From assembly GCA_965237905.1 (NCBI GenBank), contig OZ250172.1, positions 736,001 through 800,000 of the forward strand: 64,000 bases of DNA. Direction: 5' to 3'. This document shows, one piece after another, positions 1 to 10,247 of the stretch. The stretch is from Nitrospinaceae bacterium (lineage in GTDB: Bacteria > Nitrospinota > Nitrospinia > Nitrospinales > Nitrospinaceae). The notes beneath the pieces are model-generated. The model was not told the DNA's origin. It saw only the letters and a program-made list of their open reading frames with translations, and made no database searches. The position numbers and the translations under genes are program-made. Each line of letters begins with the position of its first letter. Position 1 is the first letter of the stretch.

Positions 1-70
1 AAGTCAGGATTTAATAGATATTTACCGTTGAGAAACGGTTGATCCCCATATTCATTTCGAAGGAAAACCC

Positions 71-955
71 ATGAAAGTATCACTCGCCAGCGCCCTTGGA
101 ACCTGCTTCGGAGTTAAGGACGCCATCAATCTCGCCCTGGAACCCCAGTTCAAGGGAGATCTCACTATTGTCGGCCAACTGGTTCATAACCGGCAGGTCA
201 ATGAATCGTTGAAAAAGAACGGAGTCTCCGTCGTCGACGGAGCCAATGCCCTCGACCAGATCAAAACCAAAAAAGTCATGATCACGGCTCACGGTGCGGC
301 TGAAAAAATGAAAAAGAAACTGACGGATGCCGGGGTGGTCGTGTTCGACGCCAGTTGTCCACTGGTGATGCGTGTCCACAACACGATTAAATCCATGGTG
401 GATAAAAATTATTTCCCCGTTGTGATTGGGCAGGAAGATCACGTCGAAGTCAAAGGCATTGTCGGTGATCTCGATGACTATGTTGTGGTGGGAAGCGAAG
501 ATGATTTGGAAAAACTGAGAACCACCGGAAAAAGAAAATTCGGCATCGTCAGCCAAACTACCCAACAGGTGGAAAAAGTAGAACAAATCGTTGCGAAAAT
601 CCGGAAAATGGATTGCGTCGACGATGTCGCCTTCGTCAACACCATTTGCCAGCCGACCCGCGACCGTCAAATTGCCGTGGGAGATCTGGCGGATCAGGTG
701 GACCTGATGATCGTCATCGGCGGTTACAACTCATCGAATACCAAAAAACTGATGCAAGTATGTGATGAGAAGAATGTGGAAGCCCATCACATTGAGGCCT
801 CATCGCAGTTGGACCGACAGTGGTTCATCAACAAAAAACATGTCGGCATCACGGCGGGAACCAGCACGCCGGAATACATTATCAATGACGTGCATTCGGC
901 GATCCTCGAAATCGCCAGGGAAATGGACAAACTGGAAACCCAGCCGGTTCATTAG
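71..955 (+). CDS. ispH: 4-hydroxy-3-methylbut-2-enyl diphosphate reductase
   Basis: GTCFGV, LVHN, AHG, DASCPLV, HVEVKG, SQTTQ, TICQPT, SSNTKKL and GITAGTSTP motifs; RBS GAGG upstream. Confidence 0.97.
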   Translation: MKVSLASALGTCFGVKDAINLALEPQFKGDLTIVGQLVHNRQVNESLKKNGVSVVDGANALDQIKTKKVMITAHGAAEKMKKKLTDAGVVVFDASCPLVMRVHNTIKSMVDKNYFPVVIGQEDHVEVKGIVGDLDDYVVVGSEDDLEKLRTTGKRKFGIVSQTTQQVEKVEQIVAKIRKMDCVDDVAFVNTICQPTRDRQIAVGDLADQVDLMIVIGGYNSSNTKKLMQVCDEKNVEAHHIEASSQLDRQWFINKKHVGITAGTSTPEYIINDVHSAILEIAREMDKLETQPVH

Positions 956-1105
956 GCCTGGAGAACCGGGCTCATTCAGGAACCGTTCCGAAATCCTACG
1001 AAGGTTCCATAAAACTGAAATTTTATTCATTCGACCGGTTACAGACACGGGCCGCCAATCGCCCCGTCTACGGAACGTGTAAGCCTGGGGGGTTTAAAAC
1101 GCAAA

Positions 1106-2215
1106 GTGATGGAGGACTGGGAATATTGCCAAAAAGCTTTGCCGAAAGTCAGCCGGACTTTCGCGCTCAATATCTCCGTCCTCAAGGGCGATTTGCACCG
1201 AAGTATCCTGACCGCCTACCTGTTCTGCCGCATCATCGATACCATTGAAGACGCCGCTCAACTCGACCCCAAAATCAAAATCAAACTGTTGCTCGAATTT
1301 TCCCGCCTGATCCAGGACGCGGATTACCGCAAAGGCGCTTTGACCTCCTGGCTCCGGGAATGTGAAGCCGTCGACGGCAGTCCCAATGATCTGGAACTGC
1401 TATCCCAGACCGAGCGGGCGTTCAATGTGTTTGACACGTTGAAAAAAAATCACCAGGCGCAGATCATCCCTTCGGTCTCGGAAATGGCCCGAGGCATGGC
1501 TTACTTTCAGAAAAAATTCGATGCCAACGCCCTCACCCTTTTGGAAAACGAAAAAGAGTTGGAGGAGTACTGTTACTTCGTGGCGGGTGCGGTCGGTGAA
1601 ATGCTCTGTAATCTGTTTCTGGAAGAGATTCCTCATTTGAACCCACAGGCCCGGCAAACCATGCGCGACACTGCGGTTTCGTTCGGCCTCGGCCTGCAGA
1701 TAACCAATATCTCCAAGGATATCATTGTCGACCGGGGACGCGGCTGGTCCTATGTGCCGCGCTCTTACATCGAATCCAACGGCCTGACGGTGGAGGAGTT
1801 CAGCGCCGGGGCCTCGGAGGAAAAAAATCTTCAGATCCTGGCACAACTTCTTAACAAAACCATGGGACACTTGCAGGATGCCTTAAAATTTACCCTGGCT
1901 ATTCCCCGGGAAAATACACGCATCCGGCTGTTTTGCATCTGGCCGTTGTGGATGGCAGTGGAGACAGTGGCCGTCCTCCATAACAACCGGGAACTTTTGA
2001 AATCGGACGACCCCGTCAAGATATCGCGGAAGACCGTCCGGCAGATTCTGCGCCGGACACGTCTACTCTGTTATTCGGACACTTTGCTGAAACTGTCCTT
2101 CGAACGCATCCAGAAACGCGCGGAATTGATCCATCCGCCGGAGTTCGATCTCAATAACCTGAAATCCCGCTTATCTGCCATGTCCCTGGAGGACCAGGCG
2201 GCTCTGCGAACCTAA
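1106..2215 (+). CDS. Squalene/phytoene synthase (squalene synthase-like)
   Basis: VSRTFA, YLFCRIIDTIED, YCYFVAGAVG and FGLGLQITNISKD motifs of head-to-head prenyl synthases. Confidence 0.9.
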   Translation: MMEDWEYCQKALPKVSRTFALNISVLKGDLHRSILTAYLFCRIIDTIEDAAQLDPKIKIKLLLEFSRLIQDADYRKGALTSWLRECEAVDGSPNDLELLSQTERAFNVFDTLKKNHQAQIIPSVSEMARGMAYFQKKFDANALTLLENEKELEEYCYFVAGAVGEMLCNLFLEEIPHLNPQARQTMRDTAVSFGLGLQITNISKDIIVDRGRGWSYVPRSYIESNGLTVEEFSAGASEEKNLQILAQLLNKTMGHLQDALKFTLAIPRENTRIRLFCIWPLWMAVETVAVLHNNRELLKSDDPVKISRKTVRQILRRTRLLCYSDTLLKLSFERIQKRAELIHPPEFDLNNLKSRLSAMSLEDQAALRT

Positions 2216-2220
2216 ATCTC

Positions 2221-2670
2221 ATGACAGAAGATAAACCCAGATTTACCGACAATAATGATGAAACCATCACCGATAACCTGACCGGCCTGATGTGGGCCAA
2301 AGAGGATTCCTGGCAAATGGAAACCCGGTGGCTCTCTTGGGACGAGGCCCGCGAATATATCCACAGCATGGCCTATCAGCAATTGGCCGGGTACAACGAC
2401 TGGCGGTTCCCGGAAAAGGAAGAAATGTTGATACTGGTAGATCCGGACCATTGCATCCAGGATAAATACGGAAAAGACATGAAAATGAATCCGGTCTTTC
2501 CCAATGGCCCACTGGCCACCGTCTGGACGGCAGATGGCATCGGTTCGGACGGATATATCGTGAATTTCACGACAGGGAAGGCCGACTCCCTGTATAAAAG
2601 CAAAAGCGGCCGGATGGCCGTCCGGGCGGTCCGGGGTACTAAAATGAGCGAACGTCCTACCCAACGATGA
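2221..2670 (+). CDS. DUF1566 (Lcl C-terminal) domain protein
   Basis: RFTDNNDETITDNLTGLMW, W..A..Y, LAGYNDWRFP..EE, terminal VRAVR. Confidence 0.85.
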   Translation: MTEDKPRFTDNNDETITDNLTGLMWAKEDSWQMETRWLSWDEAREYIHSMAYQQLAGYNDWRFPEKEEMLILVDPDHCIQDKYGKDMKMNPVFPNGPLATVWTADGIGSDGYIVNFTTGKADSLYKSKSGRMAVRAVRGTKMSERPTQR

Positions 2671-2745
2671 CCTTTCTCTGATACAATCCTTTTTGCATTC
2701 CCATCATCTTAATTTGAGCCATTAACCGCTTTTGAGGATACTGCT

Positions 2746-3192
2746 GTGAATAAAAACAGTCTCTATGCCCTGGCCGGTTCCATTTGGGGACTGGTGGGAT
2801 TATTTCTGATGATTCGGGGAGCCATGATGTACCAAGCCGCCCTGGAAACGCAAAACGCCACCCAAACAGCGCTGGCGATCTCCATCGCAGTCAGCATCAT
2901 TGTAGGTATAGCCAAGGGCCGGTTCGTGCTCTCCAAAACTGCGCGCCGCAACAAATCGCGTATTGAAAGTATCGAAGGACCGTTGAAAGTCCATCATGTG
3001 TACGCCAAGTCGTTTTATATTCTGATCGCCGGGATGATTCTACTCGGCGTCTCCCTGCGAACGTTCAACGAGTATCTGGGGGGCTATGTGGTGGTGGCCG
3101 CTGTCTATTGCGGCATCGGCCTGGCCCTGATGGTCTCCAGCCTGACCTACTGGAAGAGAGAAACTCAACCCGCTGTGGAAGAAAATTCCTGA
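2746..3192 (+). CDS. Hypothetical membrane protein (about 4 TM)
   Basis: Four hydrophobic segments; RBS GAGGA before GTG. Confidence 0.75.
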   Translation: MNKNSLYALAGSIWGLVGLFLMIRGAMMYQAALETQNATQTALAISIAVSIIVGIAKGRFVLSKTARRNKSRIESIEGPLKVHHVYAKSFYILIAGMILLGVSLRTFNEYLGGYVVVAAVYCGIGLALMVSSLTYWKRETQPAVEENS

Positions 3193-3211
3193 GACAGGCG
3201 CCTCGATCCTT

Positions 3212-3619
3212 ATGAAAAATTTCTTCCTGACGCTTCATATGGTTTCGATGTGCCTCGTGATCGGCACCCTGTTCCTGCAATCGCTGACCGTCGTGCTCCG
3301 CCTGCGCCTGAAATCGGCCCATGAACGCGAAGGTCTCCGAAAAACACAGGTCCGTATTCACAAATTTATTTATTATCCGATCCTGTTCGTGACAGTCGCT
3401 TCCGGTCTCTATCTGGCGATCAAGACGGGGGTATTCGACGAGGCCCAATGGATTTATCCCAAGCTGGGCCTGCTGGTGGTGTTGGTGGCTTTGGGCTTTC
3501 AGAACGGCCGGCAGATCAATCAGGAACATTTACCCAAAAAATACGCTATGATGGTGCATATCGCCATATTCATCATCGCCGGCGGCATGATCTATCTCGC
3601 CACCGTCAAACCGTTTTAA
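3212..3619 (+). CDS. 4-TM membrane protein (DUF2269/CopD-like)
   Basis: LHMVS, SGLYLA and WIYPKLGLL pattern. Confidence 0.65.
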   Translation: MKNFFLTLHMVSMCLVIGTLFLQSLTVVLRLRLKSAHEREGLRKTQVRIHKFIYYPILFVTVASGLYLAIKTGVFDEAQWIYPKLGLLVVLVALGFQNGRQINQEHLPKKYAMMVHIAIFIIAGGMIYLATVKPF

Positions 3620-3625
3620 TGAGCC

Positions 3626-3778
3626 ATGGATATAATTCTCACCATCATCGCCAGCGTTCTTTTGCTCGTGGGATTCCTCGTCGTCTGCCGCTCCAGCCTC
3701 GACGATGAGGACGAGTACGAAGAGGAGGAAGAAGAAACCCCCGCGCCTCCCGCCACCCACGACAAAAAATCCTCCTGA
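3626..3778 (+). CDS. Small single-pass membrane protein, 50 aa, acidic tail
   Basis: Translated by hand: MDIILTIIASVLLLVGFLVVCRSSLDDEDEYEEEEEETPAPPATHDKKSS; starts 6 nt after the upstream stop; below the ORF-track cutoff. Confidence 0.65.
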   Translation: MDIILTIIASVLLLVGFLVVCRSSLDDEDEYEEEEEETPAPPATHDKKSS

Positions 3779-3861
3779 CCCGGGCAAGGCCCGGAGCTAA
3801 TTTTGCTGAGGCGGTATGGCGCGATTGAACCGTTACTTTCGCCTCTCGTAGCCTAAAATAT

Positions 3862-3895
3862 TCCTCCCCTTACTAAGGGGAGGATATAGGTGGGG
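3862..3895. repeat. REP-like palindrome TCCTCCCCTTACTAAGGGGAGGA
   Basis: Perfect stem; related to the CCCCCTTTACAAGGGGG copies at 4637 and 16437. Confidence 0.7.
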
Positions 3896-3911
3896 TTGGT
3901 TTTAATATTTT

Positions 3912-3933
3912 GTAGTTGCCCCATTTATGGGGC
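3912..3933 (+). repeat. GTAG-type REP (GTAGTTGCCCCATTTATGGGGC)
   Basis: GTAG tetranucleotide plus palindrome; near-identical copy at 55812-55833 on the minus strand. Confidence 0.8.
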
Positions 3934-3963
3934 AGTTTTAAAAACTACAAAAGTAAAACATTT

Positions 3964-4566
3964 ATGCAAAAATCTTATCCAAACCGAGAATTCGAACGCC
4001 TGACCCGGCAAGCCGCGGAATGTACCACCTGTCCGAATATGGTCAACCAGAGTGCCGTCCTCGGACCCGCCAACGGTTCGATCGATTCCGACATTCTGTT
4101 TGTCGCAGAAGCTCCCGGACGCTTCGGTGCCGGGCGTACCGGCATCCCGTTTTCCGGCGACAAGTCCGGCGATAATTTTGAAGCGTTGATCGCCCACGTC
4201 GGACTGACGCGACAGGACATCTTCATCACCAACGCGGTGTTGTGCAATCCGCTTCACAACGGCAACAACCGCCGTCCGACTACAAAGGAAATCAGCAACT
4301 GTTCCTCTTATTTGAAATCGGTGCTGGAACTGGTGCGGCCAAAAGTCGTGGTCACATTGGGAGGCGTCGGACTGGAAGCGATCAACCGGATACTGGGCAC
4401 CCGCTACACATTGGCAGAGGTCATTGGCAAGCCTCAGCGAACTGAGCGTTTTACGCTCCTACCGCTGTACCATCCCAGCCCGCGCGTCACCAACTGGAAA
4501 CGGCCGTTGAGCGTTCAAAAACGCGATTTTAAAAAGATTTTGAAAATCGCCCTTAGCGAGATCTGA
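3964..4566 (+). CDS. Uracil-DNA glycosylase, family 4/5 (Fe-S)
   Basis: CxxC, FVAEAPG, TGIPFSGD, ITNAVLCNP, NRRPT, YHPSPR; the upstream TTG lies inside a REP, so ATG 3964 is preferred. Confidence 0.92.
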   Translation: MQKSYPNREFERLTRQAAECTTCPNMVNQSAVLGPANGSIDSDILFVAEAPGRFGAGRTGIPFSGDKSGDNFEALIAHVGLTRQDIFITNAVLCNPLHNGNNRRPTTKEISNCSSYLKSVLELVRPKVVVTLGGVGLEAINRILGTRYTLAEVIGKPQRTERFTLLPLYHPSPRVTNWKRPLSVQKRDFKKILKIALSEI

Positions 4567-4636
4567 CCTCAATTTTCGCGCCTGCACCTTGACCGGGTAC
4601 CCACGAAATCTTATATAGATATAGACACAAAGGAAG

Positions 4637-4666
4637 AATCCCCCTAACCCCCTTTACAAGGGGGAA
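4637..4666. repeat. REP-like palindrome AATCCCCCTAACCCCCTTTACAAGGGGG
   Basis: Near-identical to 16437-16464. Confidence 0.75.
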
Positions 4667-4699
4667 ATTTGCTCCGGCGCTTCGCCGGAAGGAGGAATC

Positions 4700-5011
4700 A
4701 TGTTTGAACGCAATCCTAACAAAGACATTTTCGACGAGGGTTACAAATCCCTGCAAAAGGGCATCCTGATCTTCGGCGGATCGCTGGTGGCGCTGGCGAT
4801 TCTGATTTTCATGTTCCCGGCACTGATCGGATTCATTTTCGCCGCTTTCATCCTGTTCGCCGGAACCGCAATCCTGGCAGTCGGCTGGAAGGTGTGGCGG
4901 TTTAAAAAACACCTCGGCAGTTCCGAGGAATGGTCGAAACCGGTAACCGCCTCGTTCAAGACTGAAGGCCCGCATTACACACGCCGCCGCATTTTCGTGG
5001 TGATGAAGTAG
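4700..5011 (+). CDS. Hypothetical 2-TM membrane protein
   Basis: Strong RBS AGGAGG; two hydrophobic helices. Confidence 0.75.
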   Translation: MFERNPNKDIFDEGYKSLQKGILIFGGSLVALAILIFMFPALIGFIFAAFILFAGTAILAVGWKVWRFKKHLGSSEEWSKPVTASFKTEGPHYTRRRIFVVMK

Positions 5012-5012
5012 T

Positions 5013-5945
5013 ATGCGGAGCGTCGCCTGCAAAGGTCTGGACAAACCGTGGAGCGTCATCACCTTCGGGTGCTGGCAGATCGCGCCGAGCGGCGGCTGGG
5101 GAGATTATTGCTCTCCTGAAGACGCCGACACCTCGGTGAAAACCGCGCTTGAGGGCGGCATCACCGCCTTCGACACGGCGGAAGGCTACGGCGACGGCGA
5201 ATCGGAACGCCGCCTCGGCAAGGCCCTCGGCTCCAAAAAGAATGATGTCTTGATCATTTCCAAAATATGGCCGGACGCGGACCTGACTCTCGCCAGCTAT
5301 CAGGAACGGTTGGAAGGCACCCTCCGCGCCCTGGCTCGGGACTTTGTAGACGTCTACCTCGTCCACTGGCCCGGCAGTTATTTCAATACCCCCGACAAAT
5401 CCAAAAAACTCGCGGAGATCATGATCGCCCTGCGTGACAGCGGCAAGGCCAAAACCATCGGCCTGTCCAATTTTGAAGGGGAAGATTTAACCCGTCTCGG
5501 CGCCGATGTATCCGAGTTCGTGGTCAATCAGATTGCCTACAACCTGCTGGAACGCGAATACGAAGATCAAGCGCTGGAGCTGTGCCAAAACGCCGGTGTC
5601 GGCACGATGGTCTATTCCCCCTCGGCACGCGGCCTTTTGGGTGGCCGGGTGAAGGCCGACTCCCCCACACGCCAGCAATACGAGGTGTACCAGGAACCGC
5701 TGTTCAGCCACTCGAAGGAAGTCTTGAAAACCGTTGAGGCGATCGCCGAAGAATTGAATACCGCACCCATCAATGTGGCCGTCGCGTGGGTGCTTTCCCG
5801 TCCGAATATTGTGACCGCCGCGGTCGGGTCCCGAAAACCCACACAGATCAAACAATTCTGCAGGGCGGGAAACCTCGAACTCAGCCCGGAATATCTGTCC
5901 CGGTTGACCGCCGCCAGCGACGCCTTTCACGCGCATAAATCCTAA
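5013..5945 (+). CDS. Aldo/keto reductase
   Basis: GITAFDTAEGYGDGESE, SK, DVYLVHWP, IGLSNF, NQIAYNLL, YSPSARGLL. Confidence 0.95.
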   Translation: MRSVACKGLDKPWSVITFGCWQIAPSGGWGDYCSPEDADTSVKTALEGGITAFDTAEGYGDGESERRLGKALGSKKNDVLIISKIWPDADLTLASYQERLEGTLRALARDFVDVYLVHWPGSYFNTPDKSKKLAEIMIALRDSGKAKTIGLSNFEGEDLTRLGADVSEFVVNQIAYNLLEREYEDQALELCQNAGVGTMVYSPSARGLLGGRVKADSPTRQQYEVYQEPLFSHSKEVLKTVEAIAEELNTAPINVAVAWVLSRPNIVTAAVGSRKPTQIKQFCRAGNLELSPEYLSRLTAASDAFHAHKS

Positions 5946-5991
5946 CCGCTTCCCCATTTCCTTATCATTCCATTGGGAGTATGATTGGGCC

Positions 5992-6360
5992 ATGACGGAA
6001 GAATGGCAGGACACCCCGGAAGACGACGGCATCACCCTGGGTCCGGAAGAAGCACTGGAGCGGGAGATCGCCAAATCCAAATCCCTGAAGGTGGAGCGTT
6101 TGCAACTGAGGGATCAGGTTGACCGACTCACCATTCAAAACCGGACCCTGCGCAACGAGAATAAAGCCTTAAAAAAACACCGGCAGGCCCATTCCGGCAC
6201 CCGGGAAGATTCTCAGGAAGAGGCGGATACCCCCACTTCAGACGCTCCGCGGCCCACCAGCCGCTTTCTGCCTGACCGTTGGGCGTTTTTTCTGCTGATA
6301 TTCAATCTGGTCGCCATCGGAATTTTGCTACTCGTCCTACTACAAAGACCGACCCCCTAA
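5992..6360 (+). CDS. Hypothetical coiled-coil protein with C-terminal TM anchor
   Basis: Heptad-like LRDQVDRLTIQNRTLRNENKALK; C-terminal hydrophobic helix. Confidence 0.7.
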   Translation: MTEEWQDTPEDDGITLGPEEALEREIAKSKSLKVERLQLRDQVDRLTIQNRTLRNENKALKKHRQAHSGTREDSQEEADTPTSDAPRPTSRFLPDRWAFFLLIFNLVAIGILLLVLLQRPTP

Positions 6361-6529
6361 AACCGGGCAGTCTGCCCAAATATACTGAAATTATTACAAA
6401 ATAATTGAATCTCGGCTATAATTTCCCCATCTTATTGTGTAATTGACTGCAGTTTTTCAACTGGTTATTTACCCGAATTTTCAGGTTTACCATACACCAA
6501 TATCAATTTGGAACTTTAGGAGGGTACTT

Positions 6530-6994
6530 ATGTGGGTAGCTGAATTTTTTCATGTGCTGGTAGGAATCCTTTGGATCGGCCTGCTGTACTTTTTCAATCT
6601 GGTGCAGGTGCAGTCCATGCCCAAGATGACTGAGGCGGGTGCGGCCAAACCGTACACACAGATCATTCTGCCGAAGGCTTTATTCCTTTTTCGGCACGCG
6701 GCCTTGTGGACGGTGATCACGGGGATCATCTATTATGTGGTCGGACGCGGCAAGGTTCAGGGCATTCCCAGTCCTGAGATCATGGTCGGAATGGTGTTGG
6801 GCATCATCATGGCGCTCAACGTGTGGGTTCTGATCTGGCCCAACCAGAAAAAAATCATCGCCGGAGAATTGGAAGGCGACGCGTTGGCCAAAGCCAAGCG
6901 GACCGCTTTTCTCGCCAGCCGCACCAACGCCTGGCTCTCGATTCCCATGCTGATAGGCATGATAGCGGCCAATCACGGCGGTATCGGATTTTAA
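6530..6994 (+). CDS. DUF989 / urate hydroxylase PuuD-like membrane protein (no cytochrome c domain)
   Basis: HVLVGILWIGLLYFFN, IMALNVWVLIWPNQKK, ASRTNAWLSIPML; RBS AGGAGG before ATG 6530. Confidence 0.8.
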   Translation: MWVAEFFHVLVGILWIGLLYFFNLVQVQSMPKMTEAGAAKPYTQIILPKALFLFRHAALWTVITGIIYYVVGRGKVQGIPSPEIMVGMVLGIIMALNVWVLIWPNQKKIIAGELEGDALAKAKRTAFLASRTNAWLSIPMLIGMIAANHGGIGF

Positions 6995-7032
6995 TTCCGA
7001 TAACTACCCTCTGAAAAACCAATTGATTTACC

Positions 7033-7080
7033 GGAGACGGCAGGCTGAAACCTCAGTCCTGACCGTCTCCTTATTTTTTT
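7033..7080 (+). terminator. Intrinsic terminator
   Basis: GGAGACGG...CCGTCTCC stem followed by TTATTTTTTT. Confidence 0.8.
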
Positions 7081-7188
7081 CATTTCCCATTGAGCCTATA
7101 AAAGCAGCCCTTTCGACCCCCGGACCCCAAAAATTCAGGAAACCCCCTTCCCTGGAAGCGTTTCATCATATAATATAAGATATCTCCT

Positions 7189-9438
7189 ATGAACCGTGTT
7201 TCCAAAGATTCTGAGTACACTCCCTGGAAAAAATCACCCCCTAAAAAGTGGAGAAAACTTTTTAAGGTGATGGCGCTGGGGTGCGCCCTGCTCGTCGTCG
7301 GAGTTTTGGCCAGCCTGATGTTTCTGGACATGGACACCCTCCGGCAATCCCTGGCAAAGTCCTTGTCCGAAAAAACCGGCACACAGGTGGAGATACAATT
7401 TCTCGACCTGGGATATTCTCACGGCCTGGGTCTGGAAGCCAGCGGGTTGACCGTTCACAACAGCGAAGAAGGTCACCAACTGTTATCGGCAGAAAGCTTG
7501 TTCCTCGAAGTCAAAGTCCTACCTCTTTTGACCGGAGAGGTGGTGGTCGAAAATGCGGAAATTATCAAACCGAGGATCAAAGTGTATCGGGATTCCAAGG
7601 ATCCCCTGAAAACAGAGTTTAAAAAAACTTCATTGTCTTCCCTTAAGAAAAGAACCGTGGGGGACTATTCAATAGCTCAGGTGATAACGCCCGAGACTCC
7701 GGCCCAGGCTGAACAAGACCTCGCACAGGAAACTTCGTCAGCGCTGATCGACCGCCACATCATTGATGAATTTCGAAACCGACTGAAAAAATTTCATATC
7801 ACCGCTGAAAATATCCATGTGGAGCAGGGAACCCTTCAGATCATTCGCAGCGTTGCGGATGCACCGAACGAAAGTGAACCTCTCGGGTTTTCGTTTGATT
7901 TGAAAATCCGCCGACCCAGTGCCGAGGTGATCGATGTGATCCTGGAAGATCTCCATCTGGATTTGGGGTCGCTTTTTTTACTGGGAAGGGTTGAGGCCGA
8001 TGATGTGCTTTCGAAAACCTCCCGGCTGGAAGTCCAGATTCGCACCAAGCCTTTTGCCATCTCAGAATTGATCCGGGCTTTCAAACCCCTCCCGGAGGAA
8101 CAGGGCGAGACCTCCGGAAACAATGAAATCCCGTTTCAGATTGAGCAGTTGACCCTTCTCGCCTCCTGTCCACTCAACTCCGTGACGGATACGGAGACCC
8201 TGCGGCGCGACTTGAAAGCGGAAGCCCGCTTCGTGACCAAGGATGCTCAAATCCCCATCGGAGAACACGAGTTGCTGGTCTCCCAGGTCAAGGGAACAGC
8301 CAACTGGGAAGGCAGCTATATCCTGTATGAGATCCAGGGAGAAACGCTCAATGGAAGAGCCCGTATCGACGGTCAACAGCCTTTCCCCTTCAAGACCACC
8401 GAAAACCCCAATCCTTTACTGGAAACGGAGATCCACTTGACCGCCCTCGATTTTTCCCAGCTGGTCACCCCAAAAGGCTGGGAACAATCCAAAGGCCTGG
8501 TTTCCGGGGTCTTGAAAGTGGCCACCTCCTGGAATATGGAGCAACCACCGCTCGTCACCGGTTCTCTGCTGGGGGAAGATCTGGTATTGGCAGGAAAAAG
8601 TTTTAAATTATCCTCCCAGAAAACCGAGGTCCAATTCGAATCGCCTCCGGACAAACCCATATCCATGAATTTGATTTCAAACCAAGTAGTGATGGATAAC
8701 GTCCGCTTCAAGAAAGTCACGGCACAGGTCTTGCTCACCCCCGGCAAGGTGGTTCTTAAACGATCCACGTTTACCCCGAGGCATGGTACCCTCACCGCGC
8801 ATGGCACCTACCATACGCAATCAAAAAAATATCAATTGGAATTTTTGGGGAAAAACCTTTGGGCAGGCGATTACACTAAAAATCAAGTGCTGGGAATTAT
8901 GAGAACACACGGCTCGGTGAACGGTTATGTGCCTGAGAAACTTCCAGGAATCCGTGGATTGTTCGGTAACGTTTCATTAAAAATCTCCCCCGTCAATTTC
9001 GAAAAAGCGGAAGAAGTCAAAACCATTCTGGCCGTCATCGATCCTACTTTTTTCCGGAAACAAAATGCCCGGGGATTACGATTCGATGATCTGGGGGGCA
9101 ATTTTAAAATCACCAACGGAAAATTCAACACCAGCAACCTCACCTTGAAGGGTGAGCCAATGGATGTTTATTTCGAGGGCATGTTCGATGGACACAGCCA
9201 ATCATTAAACATGCTGGGAAAAGCGATCCCAAAATTCGATATGATCAGGACCTTGAAGTCTTCTTCACAACTGGCTCAATTTGTATCGAAAGCGCAATCC
9301 GATGATGGAGGATTGATCGCAACCCATTTCAAGCTGGAAGGCCCGGTATCCCACCCACAAATGACCCTGCTCGGAATCAAGCTACAAAAAGGCAAATCAA
9401 GCCAGTTACTCAAAAACCTGAAGGGTTTGATAAGATAA
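7189..9438 (+). CDS. AsmA-family protein
   Basis: N-terminal TM plus AsmA_N pattern (LLTGEVVVENAEIIKP); AsmA_2-like C-terminus (FKITNGKF...FKLEGPVSHPQ). Confidence 0.8.
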   Translation: MNRVSKDSEYTPWKKSPPKKWRKLFKVMALGCALLVVGVLASLMFLDMDTLRQSLAKSLSEKTGTQVEIQFLDLGYSHGLGLEASGLTVHNSEEGHQLLSAESLFLEVKVLPLLTGEVVVENAEIIKPRIKVYRDSKDPLKTEFKKTSLSSLKKRTVGDYSIAQVITPETPAQAEQDLAQETSSALIDRHIIDEFRNRLKKFHITAENIHVEQGTLQIIRSVADAPNESEPLGFSFDLKIRRPSAEVIDVILEDLHLDLGSLFLLGRVEADDVLSKTSRLEVQIRTKPFAISELIRAFKPLPEEQGETSGNNEIPFQIEQLTLLASCPLNSVTDTETLRRDLKAEARFVTKDAQIPIGEHELLVSQVKGTANWEGSYILYEIQGETLNGRARIDGQQPFPFKTTENPNPLLETEIHLTALDFSQLVTPKGWEQSKGLVSGVLKVATSWNMEQPPLVTGSLLGEDLVLAGKSFKLSSQKTEVQFESPPDKPISMNLISNQVVMDNVRFKKVTAQVLLTPGKVVLKRSTFTPRHGTLTAHGTYHTQSKKYQLEFLGKNLWAGDYTKNQVLGIMRTHGSVNGYVPEKLPGIRGLFGNVSLKISPVNFEKAEEVKTILAVIDPTFFRKQNARGLRFDDLGGNFKITNGKFNTSNLTLKGEPMDVYFEGMFDGHSQSLNMLGKAIPKFDMIRTLKSSSQLAQFVSKAQSDDGGLIATHFKLEGPVSHPQMTLLGIKLQKGKSSQLLKNLKGLIR

Positions 9439-9454
9439 ATAAAGCAGGAAGGAA

Positions 9455-10126
9455 TTAAACGGATTTAACGGTGAGGTCGCCGTCGAGCTGTTGTTTGATC
9501 AGCCGGTCGATATGCTGGAGGGTGCCGGTCAGGGACGACGGGCAATCGCCGCAAGCGCCCTGATAATGAATCTGCACTTCATTCCCCTCCAATCCTTTGA
9601 GGTCCACTCCGCCGCCGTCCTGGGACAACTGAAACCGGATGGAACGGTCCAGCACCATTTCAATGGCTTCCAACTTTTTTTCCTGCGGGAGCGCGTTAAA
9701 ATCGGAAACGTCGATATCGATCTTCTCGACAGCCGTATCCGACGGATACACATGGACCTTTTCGTCGATAATGTTCCACACCGGGGTCTTCAGGTGGTGC
9801 CAATCGGCTTCGTTCCCCACCGTAACGGTGACGAAATTTTTCATGATGTAAACACTCGTGATCTCATCATGGTCCACCAGAGCTGTCGCCAAGGCATCGC
9901 CCACCGAGTCTACCGGGCTGGTGAAGGACCGGTAGCCGTTCTCCAGAATCTGCGTGTTCAAAACGAATTGCAGGGCCTTGGGGTTGGGGGTCTCGCGGGT
10001 ACGGATCACCTTGAGCGCCTTTTTATCGACCGGCTTTCGCGGACGGTCTTCCGGCGGCTTCCCGGCGTTTTTCTGTTCGGCCTTGCGGGCCAGTACTTCA
10101 CTGATTTTCACGGTTCGTACCCTCAA
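9455..10126 (-). CDS. NfuA/NifU-family Fe-S carrier (Nfu_N plus NifU_C)
   Basis: TPNPKALQF; DGGGV...YQGACGDCPSS; the true start may be GTG at 10111. Confidence 0.9.
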   Translation of the reverse strand: MRVRTVKISEVLARKAEQKNAGKPPEDRPRKPVDKKALKVIRTRETPNPKALQFVLNTQILENGYRSFTSPVDSVGDALATALVDHDEITSVYIMKNFVTVTVGNEADWHHLKTPVWNIIDEKVHVYPSDTAVEKIDIDVSDFNALPQEKKLEAIEMVLDRSIRFQLSQDGGGVDLKGLEGNEVQIHYQGACGDCPSSLTGTLQHIDRLIKQQLDGDLTVKSV

Positions 10127-10247
10127 TGACTGTTAAGCCCTCATCATAATACATTTCAGTGGAAAATCAAGGCGGAGTGCGGCGAATCGCCGCAGATAAT
10201 TTAAAAACCATATATTGCGCATGGGGATCATCGATTGGCGTCAGCTG

